Both the position numbers and the translations under genes were made by a program. DNA of 64,000 nt from an uncultured Bacteroidales bacterium. Its GTDB lineage: Bacteria; Bacteroidota; Bacteroidia; Bacteroidales; GCA-2748055. The stretch is taken from positions 169,255-233,254 of the forward strand of contig CAWBWE010000020.1 in the NCBI GenBank assembly GCA_963792395.1, in the 5' to 3' direction. A model generated the notes under the pieces. That model was not told the origin of the DNA, did not search any database, and was given only the letters and a program-made list of their open reading frames with translations. Each line of letters starts with the position of its first letter. Position 1 is the first letter of the stretch. Shown here in pieces: positions 1-10,515 of the stretch.

Positions 1-134
1 CAGAGGCTTCCCATCCCGATACCTTATCCGCAGGAAGCAATTCTTTGAAATTGTGAAAATTGCTTATAAAACTGAAGATCTGCTGATCATTGCAGGTTGA
101 CTTACCGATTCTACTCTCTATTTTCATTCTCTGG

Positions 135-776
135 CTATTTCTTTGCTCCATTCCAGGTAGCAGGTTGCTTCCTCCATTGCTGAAGCATCTCCACCTGGTT
201 TTGATGAATATATCCCGTGGCCAGAGCAGTCTCAATCAGTACATGATAGTCGGTGAGGGTATGCAAGTCCACCTCCGATGCCCTGAAATTAGAGATGGCC
301 ACCTCGAAGCCATAAGAGAAGATAGCCACCATTCCAAGAACTTCTGCCCCAGCATTTCTCAGGGCGTTAACAGCCTTCAGAGAGCTTCCACCTGTGCTGA
401 TCAGGTCCTCCACCACAACCACCTTTTGTCCGGGTAAAATACGGCCTTCGATGAGGTTCTGCCGTCCGTGCTCCTTGGCTGATGGCCTCACATACACAAA
501 GGGCAGATTCATGGCATCAGCCACCAGAGCCCCCTGTGCGATGGCTCCCGTGGCCACTCCGGCAATAATCTCAAGGGTTTTAAAATGGTCCTGTATGCGG
601 GCGCAAAATGCCTCTTTTATGTAGTTCCTGATCTCCGGGTAGGAGAGTGTGATCCGGTTATCGCAATAAATTGGGGATTGCCAGCCCGAAGCCCAGGAAA
701 AGGGTTTTGCGGGTTCAAGGATTATTGCTTTACTTTGCAACAGCATAGCTGCTACTTGTCGATCTATATCTGCCAT
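135..776 (-). CDS. pyrE: orotate phosphoribosyltransferase
   Basis: Intact 213-aa ORF. It has the PRPP-binding loop VVVVEDLISTGGS and a PyrE-like N-terminus (SGWQSPIYCDNR). Confidence 0.9.
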   Translation of the reverse strand: MADIDRQVAAMLLQSKAIILEPAKPFSWASGWQSPIYCDNRITLSYPEIRNYIKEAFCARIQDHFKTLEIIAGVATGAIAQGALVADAMNLPFVYVRPSAKEHGRQNLIEGRILPGQKVVVVEDLISTGGSSLKAVNALRNAGAEVLGMVAIFSYGFEVAISNFRASEVDLHTLTDYHVLIETALATGYIHQNQVEMLQQWRKQPATWNGAKK

Positions 777-783
777 TCAGCAA

Positions 784-1398
784 ATGTATAAAGTTTTTTT
801 CAACGATAGAACGGTATATTTTGGAGATGATTTCTCCAGGGCTTTTACTAAACATAATGGCCTTTTTTATAAGTATAGCAGTTTTCGGGAGTTGAATGAA
901 CTGGTTGGCTTTTTTGATTCTCTGACCCAGATAAACAAGCTTTATATCCTTCATGAGGATATCCTGATGGTGTTCGAGAAGTTCAAAGCCTGTTTTAAGG
1001 TAATCGAAGCTGGAGGAGGTGTCATATTTAACAAAAAGGGTGAGTTCCTGGTGATATTCCGAAACGGGACCTGGGATCTTCCTAAAGGAAAACTGGAGAA
1101 CGGCGAGGATTTTCAGCAGGCTGCAGAAAGGGAGGTAGCGGAGGAGACAGGTCTATCTGGGATCCAGGTGAATGAATCACTACTCTCCACCTATCACACC
1201 TATGTTTTAAAAGGAGACAGGGTGCTGAAAAAGACCAAGTGGTTTGAGATGACCTATGGAGGAGAGGCTGAGCCTGTATTGCAGGGAAAGGAGGGAATTA
1301 CGGACTACAGATGGGTAATACCCGGGCAAACCGGATTTGTCCGGGAAAACTCCTATGCAAGCATTCTGGATGTACTCTATGCCAGAAACATCCTTTGA
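784..1398 (+). CDS. NUDIX hydrolase family protein
   Basis: Intact 204-aa ORF with a Nudix box, GKLENGEDFQQAAEREVAEETGL. Substrate unknown. Confidence 0.8.
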   Translation: MYKVFFNDRTVYFGDDFSRAFTKHNGLFYKYSSFRELNELVGFFDSLTQINKLYILHEDILMVFEKFKACFKVIEAGGGVIFNKKGEFLVIFRNGTWDLPKGKLENGEDFQQAAEREVAEETGLSGIQVNESLLSTYHTYVLKGDRVLKKTKWFEMTYGGEAEPVLQGKEGITDYRWVIPGQTGFVRENSYASILDVLYARNIL

Positions 1399-2832
1399 TT
1401 AGATTTCACCCCTTGAACGCATAATTCGAAAAAGCTGTTGCTCAAATCCTTCTGAAGGAAGTGTGGCTGGAGACAGGAGCAGTTTCCCGTTCCGATCGAT
1501 CAGGTAGGCTGTTGGATAGGCCCTAACCATATAATCGGTCAACACTCCTGGTTGTCCTTCATAGTGGAGGACCTTCCAGCTGTAGTCATTCCGCTTCATA
1601 AAATCTTCCAACTTATGCTGCTCCTCTGATATCATGACGGTAAGCACAGTCAGATACGCGGCATGTTTTTCCACAAACGATTGTAAAAAGGGATATTCCA
1701 TCATACAACCGTAGTGATCGGTAGTTCCAAAGAAGAGATAGGTGTACTTGCCCTTAAAATCATCCAGTGTCCAGGACTTACCATCCAGGTCCTCCAGGCT
1801 AATATCCGGAGGGGTGTTGCCGGTTACCAGGCTGGATAACTTCTCATTTAATTGTTTGGCATAGATTCCAAATTGAGGGGCAGGGGGATCGTGGGCCATG
1901 GAGTCCAGCATGATCAGGATCGCCTCTTTATGATATTCACCTCTGTAAAACAGTTCTGAAAACTCCTGAAGCAGGATCATCTCTGCAAGGGTATCACTCC
2001 ATACAGCCGGATGTTGCAAAATGAGCTGCCTGGCTCTCCTGAACTCCTGATGTCGGTTCACAATACTCCGGAAATCCTCTCCTTCTTTGGAGCCCGAGTA
2101 GTAATAAATGAAATCTTTAAACAAGGTCCTGAACAATTCGATAAATCCGGGATGCCATTCCATGACGGTAGGTCCCAGGTATTTATGGCTTAGTTCAGCC
2201 AGTCCGGTTTTTCCTTCATTCAGTTTCAGACCTCCGTACCGGAAGCGGCGGTAATCTGCAAAAAAACGGGAACTATCCTGAATGAATTGCACCTCCAGTT
2301 GCTGGATGAGTGAATCGGCGTTCCCTGCCTGTCCCAGTTTTCGCTTTGAAATAATCTCCCGGTTGGCATTCACAAAAAGTGAATCAAAGAAGGCGATGGA
2401 GTGGTTCACATCCAGGGTACCATCTACGAGTTCCCGGCTTTCAAGCGAGGTGCGGGAGAGGACAGTCAGAGGAAGAGCCACAGGCTGGTAAAATGGAGAG
2501 ATTCGGCTATCCCAGTTTTTCTCCAGGTACCCGGGAAATTTCACCTCATAATGATAACCGGGTTCCATGTACAGGTAAGCCTGATAGATCCCGGTTTCGA
2601 ATTGGACCACACGGGCTTCCTTAAGCGGTATAAGCTGTTCAAAATCCCCCGCTTCACTGCATACCACTCTTTGGGAGAACTCAGGAATGGTGATAAAGGG
2701 ATTCCAGGCTATGGTGGTGTGGATGCTCTGGCCCGCATAATCCGCAGCGGCAGCATGAACGGAAGCAGACTGGCCATGCAAAATTCCATAGCTCCAGAAC
2801 AACAGCATAAAAATGGATAAACAACAGCGCAT
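1399..2832 (-). CDS. secreted thioredoxin-fold (TlpA/AhpC-TSA-like) protein with degenerate CXXC
   Basis: 477-aa ORF with an N-terminal signal peptide. The C-terminal ~130 aa resemble a TlpA-type redoxin (DLDGKSWTLDDFKGKYTYLFFGTT...AYPTAYLIDRNGKLL). The CXXC position reads DHYGC, with a single Cys. The N-terminal 340 aa have no motif I recognise. Confidence 0.5.
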   Translation of the reverse strand: MRCCLSIFMLLFWSYGILHGQSASVHAAAADYAGQSIHTTIAWNPFITIPEFSQRVVCSEAGDFEQLIPLKEARVVQFETGIYQAYLYMEPGYHYEVKFPGYLEKNWDSRISPFYQPVALPLTVLSRTSLESRELVDGTLDVNHSIAFFDSLFVNANREIISKRKLGQAGNADSLIQQLEVQFIQDSSRFFADYRRFRYGGLKLNEGKTGLAELSHKYLGPTVMEWHPGFIELFRTLFKDFIYYYSGSKEGEDFRSIVNRHQEFRRARQLILQHPAVWSDTLAEMILLQEFSELFYRGEYHKEAILIMLDSMAHDPPAPQFGIYAKQLNEKLSSLVTGNTPPDISLEDLDGKSWTLDDFKGKYTYLFFGTTDHYGCMMEYPFLQSFVEKHAAYLTVLTVMISEEQHKLEDFMKRNDYSWKVLHYEGQPGVLTDYMVRAYPTAYLIDRNGKLLLSPATLPSEGFEQQLFRIMRSRGEI

Positions 2833-3302
2833 CAGAGAAATTCATTGATGTCCACACCCTTCGGAAGAAACTGAGAGGCATCACCTCCGTTTCTGATAAT
2901 ATCCCGTATGATGGTGGAGTTAACCGGGGTGTGTTCTGGAGTGGTGAGGAGGAAAATGGATTCCACCGATGGCAACATCTTTTTATTGATCTGGGCAATG
3001 GCCCTTTCGTATTCAAAGTCTGCTGCTGTCCGTATCCCCCTTAGCATATGAGTGGCATGGACTTTTCTACAATAATCTACGGTCAGTCCTTCAAAAGAGC
3101 CGGCACTTACCTGCTCATTGTCCTTGAAAATCCGGGTAACCATCTCAACCCGGGCCTCTATTTTCAGGAGTGGCTGCTTGGTGGAGTGAATCCCTATGGC
3201 AACAATGATCTTATCAAAAATACTGAGTCCACGAAGTACGATGTTTTCGTGACCTACGGTAAAAGGATCAAATGATCCCGGAAAGACAGCGACTTTTTCC
3301 AT
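2832..3302 (-). CDS. coaD: phosphopantetheine adenylyltransferase
   Basis: N-terminus MEKVAVFPGSFDPFTVGHENIV carries the T/HxGH nucleotidyltransferase motif. The ORF track extends to 3356, but the internal Met at 3302 fits CoaD length. The stop overlaps the start of the downstream gene (ATGA). Confidence 0.88.
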   Translation of the reverse strand: MEKVAVFPGSFDPFTVGHENIVLRGLSIFDKIIVAIGIHSTKQPLLKIEARVEMVTRIFKDNEQVSAGSFEGLTVDYCRKVHATHMLRGIRTAADFEYERAIAQINKKMLPSVESIFLLTTPEHTPVNSTIIRDIIRNGGDASQFLPKGVDINEFL

Positions 3303-3382
3303 CTGCTTTTTTTTCAAAGGTAATGTTTTAGTTGATTTCTTTTTTCTTGTTGGCACTTACAAACAGCACATTTCCCAGCTTG

Positions 3383-5556
3383 TTATAACCCGGTAAAGAG
3401 CTTATATCCTTCGGTGTTCAACTGCTCATGCCTGAACCCAACGATGGTCAGGTCGGCATCTGCGGAGACTTCTCCGATGATCTCCCGGGTCCCTGTATCC
3501 CCGTCTGCACTGATCAGGCTAATGTTGGCCAGGGAAATGGGCAGTCGTCCCTCTTTGATCAGTTCTTTCAACTCTTCCATCCTTCGCGTGACTGCTTCAG
3601 GCTGATGGATGGCAAAGATCTTGATGATCCCCTCTTTCCACTCGGGATGCCCCAGGATGATATATCCCAGCAGGATCATCAGGTTGGCATTGTCAAAATC
3701 CGCTGGCGTGATCCAGATATGGATCTGTTTTTTATAGCCGAATCCCTTGTAGGAGGTACTCAGGACGCACAGGTCAAATCCGGTGGCATAAAGGATATCA
3801 TGGGTGTTCAGAGCTTCTTCAAGTTCCTGGGGTTCCGTTTGGGAAAATTCAAAGAGGATCATATTATTCCCTTTTCCTGAGATGCCGGAAAGCTGGATCA
3901 CCTGTGCAATGGCTGAAGTATAGGAAGGACTGATAATGGTATCCAGGTAAACCCGGTTTTTGCTACCTGCAGCCAGGTGGATCAGCTTGTTGAGAATCTC
4001 TTTGGACTCTTGTTGGTTTCTTCGGTTAGGAATCCCTTGATATAGTGTATGTAGGTTCCAAAACCATATTTCAGGGAGATCCACCTGAGTATATCAAAGG
4101 CGCTTCGTCGCATAAAGGTATCCTGTGAAACACAGATGGTAAAAGGTCTCCAGTGTTCGTCCAGGTCTTCCCGGTCGGCTCGTTGTGCCAGGATCTGAAG
4201 TTGCCTGCTGGCCTGGAACACCACCCCTCGGAACAGGTTGACCAGTCCTTTCTCCTTTCTTTGTAGCTGGAGACCATGACATAGATACCTCCCATCACAA
4301 TCAGTGATAGCAGGGCATAGGGAGCATTCATTTTAAACATGAACCAGAAAGAGGTGACTGCTCCCAGCAGGGATATATACCACCTGGAATTTGAAGGTGG
4401 GACGGTAGGAGGGATCAGCTGCAAAGTGTTCCAGCAGTGAAATCAGACAGATCACCCCATAGGTGACCATAAAGAACATGGCGATGATCTGGGCCACAAA
4501 ATCGATGTCGCCAAAGGCAACAAAAACAAATCCAATGATGATGCTGATCAGTCCGGCATTGGTGGGTTCATTATCCTTCTCCTTGCCTCTGGAGAGCCAG
4601 CTATTCAAACCCTTCCGGGAAATACGTCATCGTATCCCATGGCCTGGAGGGTTCGGGGCGCCACCATGATGGAACCCAAGGGCAGAGGAGAGGGAAGCTG
4701 CAGCCAGTCCAATGGGAATGATGGGTCCCCATAGGGCAATTTTCTCCATGATCATTTGATCAGAGGCCAGATCTTCCGGCGAGGCGCTAATGGCCAGTTT
4801 ATAGGCCACCAGGATGTAGACCACAAATCCACCCAGGGTGGCCAAGAGGGTTCCCCTGGGAATGGATTTGCTGGGATCTCGAAGATCACCGGAGAGTCCA
4901 AGTCCTGCCACAAGCCTGTGAAGGCAGGAAAGATGATGGTAAAAACAAAGAAAAAATTATCGGGATTCTGAATCTGGGCATTTAGAATAAATGGCTGTTC
5001 CTCGACACTTGGATTTTCCCAGGAAGAAAAAGAGCAGGGAAGTAAAAAGTAGGGCTACAACAAAATACAGGGCTTTCATCCCGATGTTGGCTCCCCGGGT
5101 AAGGATAATCAGTGAAAGGAGACTCATGCTTGCCAGTCCGACCCACCGTTTATCAATCAGCGGTGTATTAATCTCATAGTGAAGATATCTGATCAGCGGA
5201 TCAAAAGCTTCTGAAAAGGCGATGACATAAAAGGCAACACTGATGGCCTGACTCAGATAGAGTGCAATGCCAATGGCAGATCCAATGTTGATTCCAAATG
5301 AACGGCTGATGATATAATAGGCACCTCCTCCCTGAACCTTCTGATTGGTGGCAATCTCAGCCACTGCCATGGCGGTTGGAATGGTCACCATATGTCCCAG
5401 GAAAATGATTCCGATTACTCCTATAAATCCCTGATGACCAACCGCATAGCCAAATCTCAAAAAGAGTATGGCCCCCAGAATGGTGGAGATGGTGGTCATG
5501 AAGACCGGTAGGGTACCGAAAGTGGCTGTGGTTCTATGCGTTTGCGAATCTGGCAT
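3383..5556 (-). pseudogene. cation:chloride cotransporter (SLC12/APC superfamily) transporter, frame-disrupted
   Basis: The N-terminal fragment (4957-5556) reads FGTLPVFMTTISTILGAILFLRFGYAVG...NQKVQGGGAYYIISRSFG, typical of SLC12-type permeases. Collinear fragments follow at 4627-4911, 4333-4608, 4071-4424 and 3383-4084 (cytoplasmic C-terminal domain) in different frames, giving at least 4 frame breaks. Confidence 0.7.
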
Positions 5557-5688
5557 GCTTCTTTTAACAGCATTAAAACAGTGAAGATTACAAAAAAAAC
5601 CTGAAATGCCGCCAGAAGAAAGCGTTTTTTGTCCTGACGGGATTTTTATATCTTGCGCCCTGAAAAGAAAGAAATCCTCCTGCATCCC

Positions 5689-6510
5689 ATGGAAGATCTG
5701 TTGAAAATACTGATTGTAGATGATGAGCCGGAAGCCCGGGAGATTGCTCAAATATATGCTTGCAGGAGAGCAAGGGGGCTTAAGGTTGTTGGGATGGCAG
5801 GCCATGTGGATGAGGCTATTACAACTGGTGAAAAAGGAGCGCCCTCACCTGGTTCTTCTGGATATACAGATGCCTGAAAAGGATGGCTTCCACTTCATTG
5901 AGCAGGTTCAGCGAATCAGGGACATGATCCGGGAATTATTTTTGTTACGGCCTATGAGCATTACGCCATACAGGCCATACGGAATTCTGTTTTTGACTAT
6001 ATTCTAAAACCTGTTCATCAGGAAGAACTGGACAGTGCCATTGAACGTTTCAGAACCAGGGCAGGAAGGTTCAGAAACAGGATCTTCAGAAGCTGATTGA
6101 AATGCTTGAAGGATACAGGCCATCCCGGAATAAAGCTGAATACCCGTTCGGGTTATATTCTTATAGATCCGTCGGAGGTTGTTTACTGCAAAGCCGATGG
6201 AAATTATACCCATATTCAGCTTAGTAGCGGGACACTGGGAAATTACGCACCCAGAATTTGGGTCACATTGAGGAACTTCTGGAGGGAAGCAGTTTTTTCC
6301 GGGCCAGCCGGTCCTACCTGCTAAACTTGAAATATCTTTCACAGGGTCGATCGCAAGAGCTGCATTTGTATTCTGGAGTATCCGGGTGAAACGTGCTCCA
6401 TTAAGATTCCGGCCCAGAAAATCAAGATGCTGGAATGGCATTTTCCAATTAAATGCTTTATCCGTAAAATTGCAGGGTTCATATCCAGAATGCACTGGTT
6501 CACACAATAA
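5689..6510 (+). pseudogene. LytR/AlgR-family response regulator (REC + LytTR), frame-disrupted
   Basis: The receiver domain reads MEDLLKILIVDDEPEAR...LVLLDIQMPEKDGF...FDYILKPV. The LytTR domain reads GYILIDPSEVVYCKADGNYTHIQL...FFRASRSYLLNL. The protein is spread over at least 4 frames. The end coordinate is approximate. Confidence 0.7.
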
Positions 6511-6595
6511 GTCACTATTTCTCTTTTCTTTCGTTTTCCACGTCCCATAAATTAGGCGGCATAAGAGTCCACTGAACTAAAATCCGAGCTGAACC

Positions 6596-6766
6596 ATGGT
6601 AGAAGTATTTAACCTTGAAGGCATGCCCGTTTACAAATTAGCGTCCGAGGAAAAGGATAATTTTACAGTTTCTGATCTGGAAGGTAAGGGTCTACCCTGC
6701 GGAATCTATTTTGTGAAGATCAAGAAAGCAGATGGTATTGAAACAGCCAAGCTACTGATTTGTTAA
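6596..6766 (+). pseudogene. orphan T9SS (Por) C-terminal sorting-domain fragment
   Basis: 56-codon ORF MVEVFNLEGMPVYKLASEEKDNFTVSDLEGKGLPCGIYFVKIKKADGIETAKLLIC. It has the pattern of a type-A T9SS C-terminal domain (V.V.N..G..V...L..GIYFVKI....T.KL). No cargo domain lies upstream. Confidence 0.45.
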
Positions 6767-6767
6767 G

Positions 6768-9208
6768 CTAATTTTCATGGGCTTGATCCACCTTCTCATT
6801 CAGCAGCACAAATTCCATCAGTCCTGATATCTCATTCACATACTTGAAGTTTAATCCCTTCGGTAGATCTCATTGATCTCCTCCACATCTTTTCTGTTTT
6901 CCAGGGAGATGGCAATATCGGTGATTCCGGCCCTTTTGGCAGCCAGGATCTTTTCCTTGATTCCACCCACAGGCAGTACCTTGCCCCTCAGGGTGATCTC
7001 ACCGGTCATGGCCAGTGTTTTCCCTGACCTTGCGCTGAGTGAATGCCGAAGTGATGGAGGTCATCATGGCTACTCCTGCTGAAGGGCCGTCCTTGGGAAT
7101 TGCTCCTTCGGGAACATGAACATGAACATTGTATTTTTTAAAGATCTCAGGATCCATGGAGAATTCTGAGAGCGTGCGATTTCAGGTACTCCAGGGCCAG
7201 CACAGCCGATTCCTTCATCACATCGCCCAGGTTTCCGGTGAGGGTCAGTTTCCCTTCTCCCTGACTCAGGGAGGTCTCCACAAATAGAATTTCACCACCT
7301 GTGGCAGTCCAGGCCAGTCCTGTTACCACTCCTGCATGTTTGTTACCGTCATATTTATCCCTGATAAACCTGGGTGGACCCAGAATCTCAGTGCATGTTT
7401 TTCGTGGAGAGCTTTTTCTCGTAGCTATCTTCAAAAGCAATGTGTTTGGCCACTACCCTTACCAGCTTGGCAATCTGTTTGTCCAGTTGCCTGACTCCCG
7501 ATTCCCGGGTATAGCTCTCAATAATATACTCAAGCACTGAGGCTGGGATGGAAATCTGTTTCTCGGTAAGACCATGATTTTCTAGTCTGTTCGGGATCAG
7601 GTGCCTTCGGGCAATCTGAATTTTTTCTTCCACGATGTAACCTGAGAGATCGATGATCTCCATCCGGTCGAGCAGGGCCGGATTAATGCCTGCAGTGGTA
7701 TTCGCAGTGGCAATAAACATGACCCTGGACAGATCGTAATCCAGTTCCAGGAAGTTATCATGAAAGGCAGCTATTCTGTTCAGGATCGAGAACTTCCAGA
7801 AGAGCAGATGCCGGATTACCCTGGGCATCTCTTCCAACTTTGTCGATTTCATCCAGCACAAAAACCGGATTGGATGATTTCACCTTTTTCAGATTCTGGA
7901 TTATCCTGCCGGGCATGGCACCAATATAGGTTTTCCGGTGCCCCCTGATTTCTGCTTCATCGTGGAGTCCGCCCAGTGACATTCTGACATATTTCCGGTT
8001 CAGTGCTTCTGCAATGGATTTTCCCAGGGAAGTTTTACCCACTCCCGGAGGACCTACCAGGCAAAGAATGGGCGATTTTAGATCGCCTTTTAGCTTCAGT
8101 ACAGCCAGGTGCTCCAGGATCCTGTCCTTTACTTTTTCCAAGCCCGAAATGATCCTTGTCCAGAATTCGGCTGGCTCGTTTCAGGTTGAAGTTATCTTTG
8201 GTGTATTCGTTCCAGGGAAGTTCAACCAGGGTCTGGATGTAATTCACCTGGACGGAATATTCACCGGTGGCCGGATTAAGCCGGAGCAATTTGTCCAGCT
8301 CCTTTTCAAAGGCAGCAGCCACTTCTTTGCTCCATTTTTTCTTTTTCCCTTTTTCCCTGAAATCAATCACTTCCTGGTCCTGGGGAGAACCACCCAGTTC
8401 ATCCTGAATGGTTTTCATCTGCTGGTGCAGCAGGAATTCTCGCTGCTGCTGGTCCAGGTCACTTTTTACCTTGGTCTGGATATCGTTTTTCAGTTCCAGC
8501 ATCTGAACCTCTTTGGACAGGCTTTCAAGCAGGGTAAAGCCTCTTTTTGAAACACTGTTGGTTTCCAGCAGCTCCTGTTTCTGTTTCAGAGACAGTTCAC
8601 TGTTGGAAGCCAGGAAGTTAATCAGGAAGGAAGGGCTTTCAATATTTTTTACCGCAAAAGTGGCTTCTGTAGGGATATTGGAGGAGAGCTTAATAATCTT
8701 AATGGAGAGCTCTTTCAGGGCTGCAGCCACTGCTTTGGCTTCTCCTGCAGGTTCATCCTCCTCATCCTCCAGGGAGTAATTCTTGGCCACATGATACGGC
8801 TTTTCAGTCAGCAGGTCATTCATGATAAATCGTTTCCTGTCCCTGAATAATCACCGAGGTGGATCCATCGGGCATCTCCAGGATCTTCAGGATCTGTGCT
8901 ACGGTTCCGATTTTATAGAGGTCTTCTATTTCGGGATCTTCAATGGAGCCATCTTTCTGAGCCACAGCACCCAGAATTTTATTCTTCTTATAAACTTCCT
9001 GAACCAGCCTCAGGGATTTATCCCTGCCTACGGTAATGGGAATGACCACCCCGGGAAACAGGACGGTATTGCGCAATGGCAGAATGGGCAATACATCGGG
9101 GATATTCACTTTTTTCAGATCCTCTTCTTCCTCCTCGGAAAGCAAAGGTATATATTCAGTCTCTTCGTCTATGGGAATCATCAGCTTCTCTAAACTATTT
9201 AAACTCAT
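6768..9208 (-). pseudogene. lon: ATP-dependent Lon protease, frame-disrupted
   Basis: The Lon N-domain lies at 8816-9208 (ILPLRNTVLFPGVVIPITVGR). The Walker A motif [15 protein letters not shown] is in 7758-8141. The AAA and protease parts lie in 7388-7861, 7147-7440 and further fragments down to the stop at 6768. At least 6 frame breaks. Confidence 0.85.
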
Positions 9209-9328
9209 TATGCAGTCAATCTGTCAGATCCGTGTATTTCGGCACCGGCCACACCGATATGTCAATAAGCGTGCCAAGAAATAATACACGCGGACAGGGG
9301 TATTTGTTTAAAATGCCCCTGTTTCCGG

Positions 9329-10515
9329 TTATATGTAACTGATGGTGACTTCCTTCAGAAACTTTTCCTCCAGCATCCTGGCCATTCGTTTCACCACGGT
9401 TCTTCTGATCTCCAGGTCGATGGGAAGGTTTGGATCCTGGTGCGCAATATTTACCCTGGTCCCGATGATGAAGTGAATCTCATCACTCTGTTGTACCAGT
9501 TTCACAATCCGGTCGGCGGGACCTTTGCCCAGGGCATAGGAAGGAGAAAAATCTTTGAGTATCCGGGTTACCTTGGTGATGGTCAGTATGCCTTCGGTCA
9601 CCAGGTCAATTCCCTCCATATGTGAGACCGGTGGAAGCTCGGGATCCTCAAATACCAGGCTGTCTTCAATTTCCACACCCAGTTCACGGGCAATGATATC
9701 GGCAGTTGTGGCTCCGCAAATCACTTTTTTTCCTTTAAAAGCCCTCACGGTATTGCCCAGCTTTTTATCGTTTTCCTCTTCATAAGGCGGACCGGTAACT
9801 ATCATCAGCTTACGTGGTTTTCGAAAATAGATGCTGGCACAGCTGGTATCGTCTTTGGAACTGTAGCCATCGTTACGGTGAGCCATATTTACCATTTTCG
9901 ATGCCAGTTTGGCAGCGGAGATCTTGGGACTGTTCTGGACCAGTTTGAGGGAGTACTCCAGCATATTATCTCTTCCCCAGCCCAGGGGAAACTTGTCTGT
10001 TCCCAGACCCGACTGAGCAATGCCATCGCTGCAGAACAGGATCCTGTCCTCTTTCCTGGGTTCAAACTGGCAGGTAGCAGGATTTCCTTCCCTGATTTTT
10101 CTCGCTGTCAAGGATCAGGCTTTTCCAGCCCGGATCAAAGGGTTTGTTGTCTCTCAGGATGATGGTCTGCGGATTGTCAAACTCCAGGATGGTGATCAGA
10201 ACCGTCGTGTTCAATATCCACAATGGTAAAGGTGGAGTAGCTCATCTGTCGTTCACTGCATACCGGCAGGGTATTCATGATGATCTCGGCAATCTTCTCC
10301 ACCGCTTTATGCTCTATGGTGAAATTGACGGCCATGGTGGCGGTCAGGGTGGCAAGTACATTGGCTTTTACTCCATGTCCCATTCCATCGGAAAGCACTA
10401 CAATGGTCCGGTTCTCCTCTTTTACCTTCCGGCTGATAAATACATCTCCGCAGATCCGCTCATTGCCGTAATTGCGCTGATCGCAGGCGACCTCTATATA
10501 AAATTTACCACTCAT
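9329..10515 (-). pseudogene. PP2C/SpoIIE-family protein phosphatase (hydrogenase-sensor linked), frame-disrupted
   Basis: The N-terminal fragment reads ICGDVFISRKV...VVLSDGMGHGVKANVLA, a SpoIIE/PP2C metal-binding motif. The C-terminal fragment reads ILFCSDGIAQSG plus an extra ~150-aa domain. Two frame breaks occur near 10110-10180. The start overlaps the upstream stop (TAATG). Confidence 0.7.
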
